This document shows, piece after piece, positions 11,504 through 25,100 of a DNA stretch of 64,000 nucleotides (positions are counted from its first letter, which is position 1; every line of letters starts with the position of its first letter). The notes beneath the pieces are model-generated. The model was not told the origin of the DNA. It saw only the letters and a list, made by a program, of their open reading frames with translations, and ran no database searches. A program made the translations under genes and the position numbers. The DNA is taken from the NCBI GenBank assembly GCA_977030845.1, contig OZ365111.1, forward strand, positions 12,028,001-12,092,000, read 5' to 3'. The DNA is from Fimbriosthenelais zetlandica (lineage: Eukaryota).

Positions 11504-14500
11504 TAGAGGTCCAGAAGAGGAGCTGACCAGTTTGAAATTCCAGTCCGGCCTTGGGAATGATAGCCAGTCTATTAATACCACAATAAATCATGAGATTTTT
11601 TCAGCTTTGCTGCTGCCGGAATGGGAGATAACATCCTCATTCTGGTGTTCCTCTCAAGGCAATTTCTACTCTGACATATCAGTGCCATCTACTACCAATA
11701 TCCTATGAAGCAAGGCATAGAAAAAGCATTTTCTCATCATATATAAATCGAAAAGTTTTATATATACCGGTATATGGAATTGTGCATTGCAGGAGAGGGA
11801 CTCATTTTTGTCAATTTTTTCTTATTCTGACAATCAGGAAAGGCCTGAAACAATCTAATTCTGTGGCAAACAATTAATTCCTTTTTTGACCTGGAGAAAA
11901 ATAACACTGTACTCCTAATGGTGCTGTAACATGGAGTGGGCAAGGTGTGCCAGATGCAATCAATGTATCCGGCCTTGTGTAAAGCATTGTACTCACTTTG
12001 CCCATTGTTCAGTATGGCTCTTAAGCTTACAGTAGACAAGACCATAGCTCACAACACGTGTCGGCTACTTATCTATAAATCTCTAATAGTTATAAGGCAG
12101 ACAATGAATGAAAGATCATCAATATCATAATTATTGAAAACCAGATCATAACTTTCTAACTTCCGATTTTATGAAAACATATTTGACAGATGTCTCCCAC
12201 ATTTTACTAGAATATATTCATGATGAATAACTAATAAAACAGAGATAGATAATTCACCAGAACACTGGGCATAGAAATTTATAATTTATAATAATAGATC
12301 ATAAATTGCCATATATATGTATGTATATGGCATCTGTTCAATATAGTCTTGCCATAAGAGCCAGCCAGAGCAATACAGTGTGATCAATACTACAAACATC
12401 TGTCTGGTGTTAGATGTGATTGGGAAAGGCTGGCCAGCTCAGTTAGAGGAGCTGCATGCCTGAGCAGGTCCTGATATAACCATCAGCTGCTCTCAATGAC
12501 TCACTTATACCCGGTCTCTAAAACAGGAGGCCTCACAGACTCCAGACAGAGAAACAGACACCTTTATTTTATTTTATTAGTAAACGATTTGTACCCAGAT
12601 CTATTCGAAAGCCATAAATCATTAAATGCTCGGACTTAATATTTTAATAGACCAGTCTGAACACTAATTTTCTTTAAATTAATTTTCATTTCTCTAATTT
12701 ATTTAATTAAAACTCTTCACTATTAGTTTAATACCCATCTTCGTGGTCTGAGATATACCCATTATAAGTATTAAATTATTTAAAAAAAATCAGTATTGAA
12801 GAAAGAATAATTCATGGTTTTACAAAATATCAAAGTTCAATTACAGTTTACAACCCGATTCGTTTGTTGCAGCAGCCCATACCAAATAGTAGGTCATTAT
12901 TTGGTTCTACATGGAAAATGGTTCGGAACGATCGATTGTCGTCCAAGCATGTAATAGGCAATATGAAAAAATCATGTAGGCCTACAATGTATGGTATTAA
13001 GTCAAATTACAATCCTAGAAATCCTATTTTTGAATTACTGAAAAATTAGTTTTCACTTATAATATTGATGAATGGGACCAGAACCTTCAAAATTCTGCTG
13101 GTGTAAACATTACAATACCTAATAGCTAAGTATGAAAAGAGAAACAACATATTAGGGAATAAATATTTTTTTCATCGAATAGTGTTAACGAACAGAGCCC
13201 TTAGGTTAATCATGGCCAAAATCATGGTTCGTTTATGACACATAAAGCCATTTCAAGATGCCTTGGGTCACTCAGCCAAAATAGATTTATGAACAAGTTG
13301 CATGCTGCTAAAAAATGTCCAAGGTCACCGTTATGTAGATTTGCATGCAAAGTAGTGTGAAGTGGAAAGTATCATGTAAGCCCAACATTCAAGTTTTATG
13401 TCATTACAGGAATCGATAAGTAACATGTTGAACTAAAAATATTCGGTTAAGGTCAGGACTAACTTTCATTTCAACTCTCTATAAGTTAGTCTTATGTCAT
13501 TTAAATTTCGTCATTTAAATTTCGAAAAACCGGATAATTCCTGTCAGAATTTAACTAGTGCCGTAAGAATAAATTATGTACATGTAAATGTGTTTTACAT
13601 GGATAATATAGCTAAAAATAGACATAGCTATGGAGCTTAAAATCGTGAAGGATAATTTGTATTCATACATGTACATGATACATGATGCATGTAAACATAA
13701 CGTGATTTTCTCCACTATGTTCACTTATGCAATATATCATTTATGATGCGCTCCCAATTTAGTCATCAAGTACAATTATGGCGGCAATAGTCATATATAT
13801 ACATATACAAACACTATATTAATCGTGTTTATGGGAAGCATGTAGGGTAAAATAGGAGTCTGACATAGGAGCACCTGCCTCCCGCCAACTCCAGGAAAAT
13901 GATCTCAAGAGCACTTGACCCAAGTCTAAGCAAAGGTCGGCGACCAACTATTCCGACTTGAAAAGTCATATAGGTGCTGACAAATACGCCTGACATGCAT
14001 AGAAACGCTGTGACATACATGTCAGGGCCAGGCTGAGTCCGTTTGTTTTTAGGGGGATGGTCTCAAGCAACAGAATTTTTAAAAAATGTCAGCACTTGGT
14101 ATCGAATGTAGTCAAGAAGCGATTCATAAAACAGCGACTATTGTCAATAGTATTGTAGCACTGACTCAAGATGGAATTCCAAATGATTATAGGCCTACAT
14201 ATGATAGAGTATTGAAATATTGAAAACTTTCTGTTAAAATATTCCTGGTGCAATTAGGATTTCAATAGGTTTATAGAAAAACCCGCATTTGGACATTTTT
14301 TGTTTGGTACCGAAAGCCTAATTCCTTGTTAACCGTAGGAAATGGGAATGTGATTTGCCCCAAAAAATTCTGTTCCTCACTGGAAAACCTCCAATTCTTT
14401 CCATCAGTGAAATTGTTCAGCTGGGGACTGTAGTTGCCAAGTAGATCAGTGCCTCGGGCCTGTAATAATCACTGAGGCCTCCAAATATGGGGGGGGGACA

Positions 14501-14857
14501 ACAACCGAGACCACAACACCCACCCAACCACCAAGCCTGAAAGCCAAGCTCAGCAAGGTGTAGAGACTGAGAAAAATACAATTAAATTCTGGGCTGATTG
14601 GGGTCTGAGGCCAGACTTGCATTCAGAATAGCATCACTCAGTGGAAACCATGGAAACATGGGTGTGTATTGGTCACGGTCCAGTGCACACACAAAAGTTG
14701 GATGCTCAACATGCAGGGGTGGAGATTATCACGTGGAGTCTAAACGCCCATTGTGTGGAAGCCTTATGATGATGCTTGCTTGGCAACTGATGAGTTATCA
14801 TTGATAATTTGGTACCAGGGGACAATGTGAGGCAGGGATGGAGGATTTGGATCATAT

Positions 14858-15237
14858 GTGATGCGTTTTCACTAAATGAGCCTAAAGTCGCACAGGCCCA
14901 TTCAGCGCTACAGGGCTGAAAGCTATGTACACAAGCTATTCTTTTCTCTAGGCATTTTCGCATTAAATGAAAGTTTACAATTTTACTATTTTTGTGAGTG
15001 AAATTGAGAAAAGTTCAACGGTGTGCGTCTCTTCAAGATTTTTTCCAGTTGGACAGAAAATTGTCTAAAATGGATATATAGTCACTGTGTAATTTTTGAA
15101 ATATTAAAACATTTTTGAAATATTATTATTAAAAATGTGATGATATATCAAGGTAACGCTCGTAATATTCGATATGAGAATCTGTAACTAACTCAAGATT
15201 TTTGCGAATTTAGACTAATTTAGGGAAAACACGTCAC
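14858..15237. mobile_element. 380-bp non-autonomous DNA transposon, ~37-bp TIRs, flanked by ATAT (AWWT, Sola-like target duplication)
   Basis: Left GTGATGCGTTTTCACTAAATGAGCCTAAAGTCGCACA versus reverse complement of right end GTGACGTGTTTTCCCTAAATTAGTCTAAATTCGCAAA; ATAT at 14854-14857 and 15238-15241. Confidence 0.75.
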
Positions 15238-16155
15238 ATATATATCCAGTTATTTCCCACCAACATTCCATGTGGTTAGCCATTTATAGATGATTCAGAT
15301 GAAATGGAGCGTTTATATCAATACATGGCTCTGATGGAGCTTGGCATGGGCCATGAAGGGGAAAAAATAAAACAATTATTATATATATATAGCATCACAG
15401 TTAGTGACTGAATCAATCCATCCTATGTATACAGCATACCTGTACACAGATAAGTATTCATGTAATTATACATGTACATAAAATTGAAATGATCCATAAA
15501 TTTATACTTTTAATACTATTTTCTATGAGAAATTGAATGCTGGACATAAAATTTAGTAAAGTGGGATTAAAAGATTCCTAATCTATTCGCTTTATGAAAA
15601 CATGTGTGACAAAACGGTGTGGTATGCCTTCACATGAACGTGTACTTGCATGTCAAGAGCCAAAGTCAAAACATTTAAGTGGCTGAGCCTCCCGGCGATT
15701 GTGTCATTGTATATAAATCACCTAAGGCCAGATCAAAGTGATGAAGAGGGAAGTGGTAAATACAAGAGCATGGACAAAAAAAACTGAACTGATCATCCAT
15801 GATTGAGAATATTGAGTTTCAGCCCAGTGGTAAAAACATTTCTGCCAGGGTAATTTAAATCTATTTAACTTTGATTGTCCTGCTCTAGGTAAGGTTGAGT
15901 GAATGAATGGGAATCTCAGAGTCGAAGATGCACGGAAGGACTTCAAGAGTGGATATGCGTAAACTTGAATACCCATGGACACATGTGCATACATAATATT
16001 ATGATCTATGTCAGAGATAGATAATGTTATCAGAAGATGGGAAAACAGTGATAAAGGATTTGTATATTGCCATCTTGTGGGAGAGAATGTAGGTAATACA
16101 ACCGCTATTATAACATGGGATTATTTCATATGATAATAATTAGTATGAATTATTA

Positions 16156-16191
16156 CTTCCAGAATGAGAAGTTAACTTCTCGTTCTGGAAG
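16156..16191. repeat. 36-bp near-perfect palindrome
   Basis: CTTCCAGAATGAGAAGTTAACTTCTCGTTCTGGAAG is self-complementary with one mismatched pair. Confidence 0.9.
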
Positions 16192-16413
16192 AACTATAGT
16201 CTACCAGATCCCAGGTCTCTCCCTTGCAAGAACCTTGAGACCGCCTTTTGGCTAGCCTTACCGTGAACTCAACCGAGGTCCCTAGCTTTACAGTCGGTAG
16301 GTGTTTGATACCTTTCTCGTTACAAAACAGGCAAAATTCGCAAGACTTTTGACGGTTGGTCAGCGAGGGGAGGTCCGTCCAGCCAAATCAGCTCCTTTGC
16401 TTCTTGCATTTTT

Positions 16414-16542
16414 GAGGTGTTTTCTGTAAGCGAGTCTAAAGTCGCACAGGGCCATTCGATGCTATTGGCCTGAAAGCACTGTGTACAAGCCACTTATATC
16501 TCACCTTTACGACTTTAAACTCATTTAATGAAAACGGGTGAC
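16414..16542. mobile_element. Short (~130 bp) deletion derivative of the 14858-15237 family
   Basis: Shares GAG.CTAAAGTCGCACAGG.CCATTC..GCTA..GG.CTGAAAGC..TGT..ACAAGC with the 14.9-kb copy; right end GAAAACGGGTGAC|ATAT; left TIR degraded. Confidence 0.7.
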
Positions 16543-17369
16543 ATATTGTTGGATGGAGGCTAGCAAACTTCATCATTGATCACTACATTAGTTTTAGCGC
16601 TTGGGCAAGTATACAAGCATACATGTGCTACAATGAAACACATTTCATTTCCATCACTATCTAAAATTTCTAACAGGGGACTCACCATCTCCATCCTTTT
16701 CCTCCTGCTTCCAATCATTCCTATAATAATCTCCTCTTTGAATTCTCTCATGCCCTTCTCTGAGTTCTCCCAGTCACCCTGTCTTACTTAGCCACTCTCC
16801 CATTCACTATACCACCCTCACCCTCCCTTATACTTTCTCCTATACCATCTCTCCCATCCCCCATGTTCTCCACTGTCTCTTATATTCTCCCGAGCACACC
16901 ATTTCCCTTTCCTCCAGCCATCTCTCCCCTCTGTCCTTAACCCTGTGTCTCATCCCCTCCGAACCTCATCATCTCCTTTCTAATTGGGGTATGTTTCATA
17001 AAATATTTTCAATAATTTACTAATTTCTCGCATACCCTTATTTGGGGCAATTTTCATAAAATATTTCAGAATATTATCTGTCACCCTTTTGGGGACATTC
17101 TATCTACAACTATCACTTGCACCATCACCATATCTCTTTCTGTGTTTGGGGCATGTTTCATAAAAATATTTCCATACCTACATACCCGCCCCCACCACAC
17201 AGACACTCACCTCAGTAATTTCCAATACCCATCACCCTAATCGTAGCGTTATTAAATATTTCTACCACTATTTCCCATCTGTCATCTTACACCCTCCAAA
17301 CAAAATTTAAGTTTAAAATATAAAGATTTTTTTTTTGGTGAGTTAGTCTTAGTCAACCGGATCCATTCA

Positions 17370-17658
17370 CCCTGGCATATCAACCCTGGCAAGGCTACAC
17401 ACTTGATAACCAACTGATCACTGTGGCGAATCGCTCCATGGCCGTACACACATATGATCAGTGCAAGTGTTCCACCTCTACGGATTGAATGCGGGCCCAC
17501 GCAAATCATGCTATGATCAGAACGTGGGGGACTTCACCAGTCTTTCACTGGAAACTTACAGACAGGACCACTACCATGGCTGTTGTGGGGGTTCGAACCC
17601 ACGAGTCTGTTAAAACTTACATCAGACTACCAGCGCCCTTGACCACTGGGCCAACGAG
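17370..17658 (-). mobile_element. tRNA-derived SINE-like copy (Pol III A and B boxes), minus strand
   Basis: Reverse complement reads CTCGTTGGCCCAGTGGTCAAGG (A box) ... GTGGGTTCGAACCC (B box, 17589-17600). No intact cloverleaf, so not called a tRNA. The 3' extent is approximate. Confidence 0.6.
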
Positions 17659-17871
17659 AACAGCCATTAGAGGTAGTAAACCAAATGGTAATATTTCCAG
17701 AACCTCCCCAACCGCGGAGGTTGATTATTCTACTGACCAGACACATTAAGCTGATACATTCGGTACTTTTTAAAAGTTTTAAATTATGAATTGATATTAA
17801 ATATATTTTCCTTTTCACCGTCGCTTCTCATGTACCACAATTTGTTGAACACCAACAGATCCAAGCAGTCA

Positions 17872-17990
17872 GTGGCCAAATGGTTAAAGAGATGAACTCT
17901 CAATACGAGGGGCATGTCAAACTAGCTTCGAGTCCTGCCATGTTCCGCGTTTTCGCTTTTTTTCCAACTGCTTATTTATTCTAACTCCCT
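17872..17990 (+). mobile_element. tRNA-derived SINE-like copy, plus strand (same family as 28140-28240)
   Basis: AGTGGCCAAATGGTTAAAG (A box) ... GCTTCGAGTCC (B box-like) ... TTTTTCCAACTG; aligns with the 28.1-kb copy. Confidence 0.55.
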
Positions 17991-18079
17991 TACTTGTATA
18001 TTGTAAGGTGCCATTTAGAGTAGTACAAGAACATGGGTTCGAATCCCAACAAGGTCATAATTTTTCTCTTTCAAACCAA

Positions 18080-18330
18080 ATCCCCTCTTCTAACTCCCAA
18101 GCACGTTTTTTCACCTAAAGTGAGCCCCAGACCAACATCTAATTCAGGTAATATATTTCGAGACAAAAAACCTATGTCCTTACGTTTAGGCCTACTATGT
18201 TCATCTAGGTTAAAATCTCCTATCAACATGATTTTGCTCATTAGTAAATAATTCATCTCCTCCATTAAACTATATATTCATAAGACTATAAAGTTATTCT
18301 GGAAGTGTTTGATGGGCCACATCATCGGCC
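18080..18330 (-). mobile_element. Decayed LINE APE-endonuclease relic
   Basis: Frame reads VGPSNTSRITL*SYEYSLMEEMNYLLMSKIMLIGDFNLD; IMLIGDFNLD is the APE IIxGDFN motif at the usual spacing from a YRPP-like segment. Confidence 0.55.
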
Positions 18331-18984
18331 TTGTTTTTAAAATTAATGTCAGTGGGAAAATCTGGCAGGAAATGTATAAATAAGTACGGTAAAAAAGGGC
18401 TAAGGCAATTTTCACATAATATGATTATGCAGATGCTGCTTGTTTTTGCATAAATTGTACTAAAAATCCATTAAAACAATATCATAATCTCCTGTGCTTG
18501 GTATGCCACATTAATATAATACGTTGTACAAAACGACAATGGGTGCTACGGCTTTTCACTTAGGTGTTTAAATAAGGAATTGTGCCAGTTTTAAGGGTGC
18601 AAAAGGGCAAGGGGAAACACGTGGCTTTAGAGCCAGAGGGGGGTTATGGATAATCTGTGGCCAGATTGTCCTCGTCAAACCATTGTGACTGGTTCCAAAT
18701 ATAGCTTAAAGAAAGCCGGGACAGGGGGTATTATATACAGTAGGGTTTACAGGTGAGGGCACGTCGGGTGTCAGTGGTGAATGGGTGAAGGTGGAAAGTA
18801 GAGTGGGTCGTGCACATACATGTCAACTTTCCTGTGAACTTTCAGCACATCCAGATAGAACTCTACACCACAGATCCAATCCATTCTCATATCTTCAATT
18901 TAAACACATAAATCATTTCCAATAATTCATAGATGCTTATTTTTACCATAATAAACTAAAATAGGGCTTTGTCACTCGTATCTG

Positions 18985-19170
18985 TAAAGGTGCCCACAAA
19001 CTAATCCGATCTCCCATTTCTAATGATATTTAATTATTGAAATTGTGTCAACTGGTAGTTACCCTAACCGATGTGTAGCGGACTGTTAAAATACCAATCA
19101 TTTTATGCATGAACAAAAATATAGGATCGGACAGCTATCGGATAGTCGGATTAATGTGTCGGTACCTTAA
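18985..19170. mobile_element. ~185-bp MITE related to 5433-5635
   Basis: Left TAAAGGTGCCCACAAACTAATCCGA versus reverse complement of right end TTAAGGTACCGACACATTAATCCGA; shared internal CCCATTTCTAATG...TGAAATT.T.TCA.TGGT. Confidence 0.7.
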
Positions 19171-22100
19171 ATTTATGTTCTGAATGAATTTGAAATGTTC
19201 ATTGAAGGTCTGTAATTAAGCCGTTTCAAGTCATCAACTAATTGACAAAGAGAAAATGACCAACCTGTTCAAGTATGAATAACATGTTCTATGGCATTCC
19301 CAAACAATGACAGGAAACAACATCAAACAGAAGGGTGATTGCCTAGATAAGGAAGCGTGTTGGCTCAGTCAATGTTTGTGCTGGTTGATTCATTCCCAAA
19401 GAGGACTATGATCAACAACTTGACCACACAAGCTTGTGACCACACTATAACTGGTCAGTGGGTGTCCGCACCCAGCAGGGGATATTAATAGGGGTCAGCC
19501 TGGTGTATATATATATATATATATGTCACCTGTAATTAAGTCACCTGATTCAAATGGAATCATTATCATGATCATGATGACACGGTATTCCATCTGTGTC
19601 ATTCAATGCCATGAGCTACAGAGACTAGAGCAATAAAAAATGCTCGCTTCCCATAAATCACAGAGACACATGCAGAGCCTAGTCTTATGTTGTCTACATT
19701 GGTTTGATGGGTTTTAGATCATGTTGATTGGTTGTAATGAATAAGATTGTTAACTCCAATCCATTAAATTTCTATACCAACAAAAAAACCCAATAAAAAG
19801 TGCACGAGTTCATTAAAAAATATTACTGAATATTAGCTTAATGCTTCATTTTGAGCCATATGATTCTCGGAAATATATATACATTGAATAAATATGGTCC
19901 AAATTCCATTTTCACCATTCCATTCCCACGTGTGTGCATACATAAAATGAGTCAGTATTATTTGAAGAGAGTCTGACAATGGTATACATGGAAGTGATGG
20001 TAGATATATAGACTGCACCTTGTTTTATATTGGGCACGTAAACTGAAGGAAATGGTTGAGGAAATGTCAACAGAGGAGCAGTGCCCGCATTTAGCTAGTC
20101 TACTTCTCTACAGAGATACATCCATGAATATGTATGCTTTATGAAACAGTGTGGGTTTGGGAGTTCCCCTAAAGTTGTCCATACTGAATGGCTTCATTTT
20201 TGTCGGAAGGTGCTTTAAAAATTATAATGGTCAATGACAGACACGAAGGATCTACTTCAACTGGCGAGGTCCACATGGTATGTGACCGACCGTCTGGTAC
20301 TTAGTAATGACTCGCATAATTATTGTACCTCTAGGAAAAGATCTGCTCTCAAGTCAATTTAGTACTCTAAACTAGTTTTACCATCATTTGGGAATTTTTA
20401 TGGATTTTTGTCAATGCATTTCTCAATAAAAATATATGGAAAGAAGTGGCATGCCCCTTGTTTCAAGTGTTGGTAAAGGCAAATAACAAGGTTAAAATGT
20501 ATGCAATATATTCATAATGCTATATGTCTGAGGTTTCAAGTCTTGCTAAATGCCAATTGGCAAGCATAAGCACCTCAGAAACCACACGTCCATGAGCACA
20601 CACTTAATATAGTCTATTCCAGCTCTTTAAATGATAAATTGAGGATGTTTGGTCAGAAACAAGTGGATAGAAAGATCACAGCGAATATTGAGACTTGATG
20701 GAAATTAGATTAAAATTAGATACTCCAGAACTCATAATTATAGAGCAGGATGAAGGGGGAAGTTTTGCCCTGGCCCAGCCCACTTTTCTGGTGACTGAGT
20801 CTCCGAGTACAGGTGTATATATACCTATAAGGTCTACCCGCATGTCATGCCAGTTCACCACTTAACTACCAGTTTTGCCTACCCCATTTGAACCTTCATG
20901 AATTTATAACTAAAGTAAGTCTTATTTAACCCCCCAAAAAAACTGGTTAAAAAAAACTCACCTTTCCTCCCCTGTTCTGGAAATACAGATCCAGATTGGA
21001 GGTAGGGGAGGAAGACAATCCAGGTTAAAATATCCAGGTAAAAGTTGCAATAATTCCGGAGGAGGGGAGGGGACAGTGGTAACTCCTATGATAGTTCAAG
21101 GTAGGCACTAGTAGTAGTGTGGGGGGTTATAGTAAACCAGAGTGGCCTACCACTACCAGTACCTGAGTGCCCATCCCCCTAGCCAGGCCAATCATAGTGA
21201 TGAAGTATATGCGCAATGACGAAGGTATGTGTGTACATATATATGTACGAGTGTGTCCGCTTTAACTGGCCAGGCTCAACAACACACTCTCAATGCAACT
21301 CCACGGACTGTGACAATGAATGAATGTGTGTATAATATAAGAGCATCTACTACGCACCGGGGGAGGGGAGTGGGGTGGGGTGGGGTTGATGCCTTACAAA
21401 TAGGATTAATTCATTCAGCCTTATAAGGCAGAGGGAGGGATGCATCTAGCTAAGACATGACTATTTTTTAAAAAATCAAATTTTTATTATGCTGGTAATA
21501 TCTCGGTTATGCAGCCGCTTTACAGACAAAACAAGACTTGACAAGACAAGTCCCATCTCTCTGAAACCTATTAAACCCCAACCCCTCAATCCCTACTTTT
21601 TAGGCTTGCATACCGCCCCCCACCCCAAACGACCATAGCCCGACCCCCTTTTCATGGACCAGTAAATATGGGCTATGTGTGTGCGTATGCAGTGAGTTGG
21701 GGGGGGGGGGTGTATGGGGGTGTGTCAGTGAGTTTCTGTGATGAGTAGCAAAACATTGCTCGGCATAAGTAGAAATAGATAAGAGTAGAATATATAGAAT
21801 ATGTTATGCTTATATTGATCACTGTTCAATAAAAAAAAATAAGGTCAGTCAAAATATATCTTTGACATTTGTGATGCATCAACTGTCAAAATTTGTATTA
21901 ATGGAGGTAGCGTAAATATGATAAATATCGTTCACTATTTAAGATAATAATTTTGAAAATCCTACAGGAGTCAATAAGGCTTGACTAATGTCGTAATGAT
22001 CAAGATCAATAAATTCTAATAATTTTATCAAGAAACACGACTTTCGACGAGGGGCGTTACTCTTCATAACAATCGTGATTTTCATAAACATGACTTCTGA

Positions 22101-25100
22101 GAAAATGGTCGCCAAAAGTAGTTTCTAATATTACTAATATAACTGTAGAACTGAACATTCCAATGTAATTTGCATGTAGACATGCAAGTCAAACAAATGA
22201 TATCCATATTTCTTAAAAACATATCAGAAAGCAGCACATGGCATCAACAATCATGTGATAGTGCCATGTGAGCAGATGCACTGAAATGATGAGAGGTCAA
22301 CTGGTAAAGTTCTTTAACCATCCTATCTGCTAACTTAAAAATTTTACCATCAGAAACTTTGCATACAGACATAGCCCCTGATGTAAAAATTAAAATATAT
22401 CATAGATGGCACCTTTTCACAAGTAGCAATCGGGAATTGTTTTAACATGTGTCCTGAAAGTCGGCAAAAAGCAGTTCACATTCCTCTTATGGGTGGATAC
22501 ATCTATAGGAGAGAATTTGAAACAAACCCTATCAGACTTTCACCGACACAATCTTTGGTATGGTAGGTTTATAAAAACCACATGTTTATGAATATGAACA
22601 AAGTACTAGTACTTGTAGATGCCATAAATGAATAATACGATTTCTGGCTAATATATATATTGAGGGTGTGTAGTTCTCTTTTCGGAGAAATGCTAGCAAA
22701 CGGCAATATTCCCAAACCCGTCAAGAAAATGCCTTAAAATAATTCATTTCGCCAATCAGAATTACTAAGGGAGGAGGCAGATTAAATGGTAAATAGCCTG
22801 GGAATCTGAGAGTGACTTATAATTAAGCAATAACACAAATCATTCAAGGTTCATAAGCATGAACAATAAAATGCACATAACAAGGTATAATGACTGCACA
22901 GGTTGTTGAAGGGGGATCTCTCTCAGAGGGTGGCTCATTTCCCTATTTGTATAATGACAATTTGAATCCCTTTGCACTGAGTGACATATTTTATACCAGT
23001 ATTTGTAAAGGTAGGGGGGGGGAGTGTTTGCAGTTCCCTCCTATCTCTAGACCTAAGATTCATCAGGGCTATTCAGGTAGCAAGGGGTAACAGTTATAGT
23101 ACTTGAATAAAGTGGTATTATAAGCTTAAAAAAATCCCCGTTGGATACATTTAAAACTACCGTGACATATATATATGTATTACATTTTTTTCAGACTAAA
23201 TTCACACTGTCGGTGTAATACTTGGAGGATTGGGTGTCACATCAGAAATATCAGATTCATCTTCTAGTCTGAGATATGAAGCAGGTGGAAATCTATTCAA
23301 AGTTTGGTAGTAATTTCATCTGACAAGTCACTAATTAAACTTCGTGTGTTGGCTAAAGATTGAAAGGCATATCATAGCTAAAACAAATGATGAGCTTACG
23401 CAATGTCATTTAGGAAAAAAAAGCCGCATAATCCAAATCTGAAACTTCTAAAATTCTGCTATGTTGAATTCTAGAATGACGCAGCAGCAGAATTTCTAGC
23501 AAAACAAATTACCCAAATCAAATTAAACGAACAAGTCTACAAATTATAGATTTCAAATTTTGATAGTTGCACATTAAATAGCATCTTACCTGGGGCTGAA
23601 CAATAGCAAAAATCCAAAAAGGTCCAAAAGTTTGAGTCAGCGTATCTCAAGCACTACACTAATGTCCATCCCAGTTTAAGAGAGTTAGCCTGTGTCTAAA
23701 GTGGGCGGGATCTGATCAGCACCATGAGACATAATCAGAACACCAGTGTCAGTGTACACTAAAATGATGGTGTGACTTATGAAGGGACCCATCTACAATT
23801 TAATCGATAGATAATATAATAAAATAGATAACAGGTCAGAGCTTATCATCAGGTAGCAATGCAGTTGTTTACTTTACGTATGAATGGAATTTCAAGAGTC
23901 ATCTCAGGGGATAAATAGCTAAGTAAAAAGTTGACTTATATGGCAATCCCTACCGGTACATAGTTTTAAGCTACTAAAATGCACTGCGAACGATTTATAA
24001 AAGTTCTATGAACTCTGGGGGTAAATGTGGAGCTTGGGTTGATTTATGAATTAATTAATTAGATTAATTTAATCTTAAATCTATTAATTAACTCGGGGAC
24101 GGATTATCTGTCATTAAGGGCAAAATGGGTTCAGAATGCAGCATCATCAAATTTTGAATTCTAAAATTCTGATTCAGCATTTCTCTGGAGATGGTATCAG
24201 TTGATATTGAAATCAATTTTCCAGTGGGTAAGTTCTCCAGTTTCATGGCGATAATAAATATCTTTTATCAGAACTAATTTGATAAAAATAAGATACTTTT
24301 CCCATAAAATAAGGAATTCCAAAATTTTGATGACATAATTATTAGTATATCATACCCATACATGTAATTGAACCCACCGAGGCGTTGTGACTAAATATGG
24401 AATGCTTAAAAGAGGGCAAAGATCAAAGTATTACAAATATTCATCCTGACATAGAATGAAAGTGTAACATGCTTGTTGCCTATGACTAGAGCAGTAGACA
24501 CTCTTCCAGTTCGCTAGCTGCCCTTGGCAGCCAGCTAGCCCCCACCTCGGCCAGCAAAGCTTGCCAAAACTAGCGATTAGGTGGCAGATTTCACAGACAG
24601 CTCCTGGCCCCCGTCAATTCACCCCAACAAGGGCTGATCTTAAAACGACCCAGGAGTTAGGGCGGGGAGAAAATGGCTAGAAAAGTCTGGAGATTTATAA
24701 AGGAACACTTGCATGTTGATCATTTGAGATAGCAGTCATTTTGGCATGGAAGGGTTGACACCCTGTAAATGTTATTTCCATCTGAGTAGAATCTTTCTGC
24801 AGGATGAGTCAGCCTAGTTAAAGGGGTAATTGATGAAGCCACAGAGGGAATCTTTTGACTCAAGGGTTGAATCATAATATTGTAGGAGAGAATGGGTGTG
24901 CTATCTAGAGTGAGGGTCATTTTATCTCAAATCAGGTACAATTTACTACACTTTATCAATTCACTAATAAATATTACAGACCTACATCGTGTAGGCCTAT
25001 ATCCCATTACTCTCAGGATCTACCATGTCAAGTCATAAAAGGTCGGCTATACCACCAGTATCAACTTCTAAACATAAAATATTAATAAGTTTGAAGTATT

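Noticed and set aside
14644-14657. X-box-like GAAACCATGGAAAC in the spectrin upstream intron
   Set aside because: Imperfect left half and no promoter context; could be chance.
17575-17658. Possible genuine tRNA gene
   Set aside because: A and B boxes are present but acceptor and anticodon stems do not pair convincingly; treated as SINE-derived.
20955-23600. Minus-strand GT donors at about 20960 (GTGAGT) and 23590 (GTAAGA) as extra spectrin UTR exons
   Set aside because: Donor-like hexamers are common by chance; no matching acceptor or other support.
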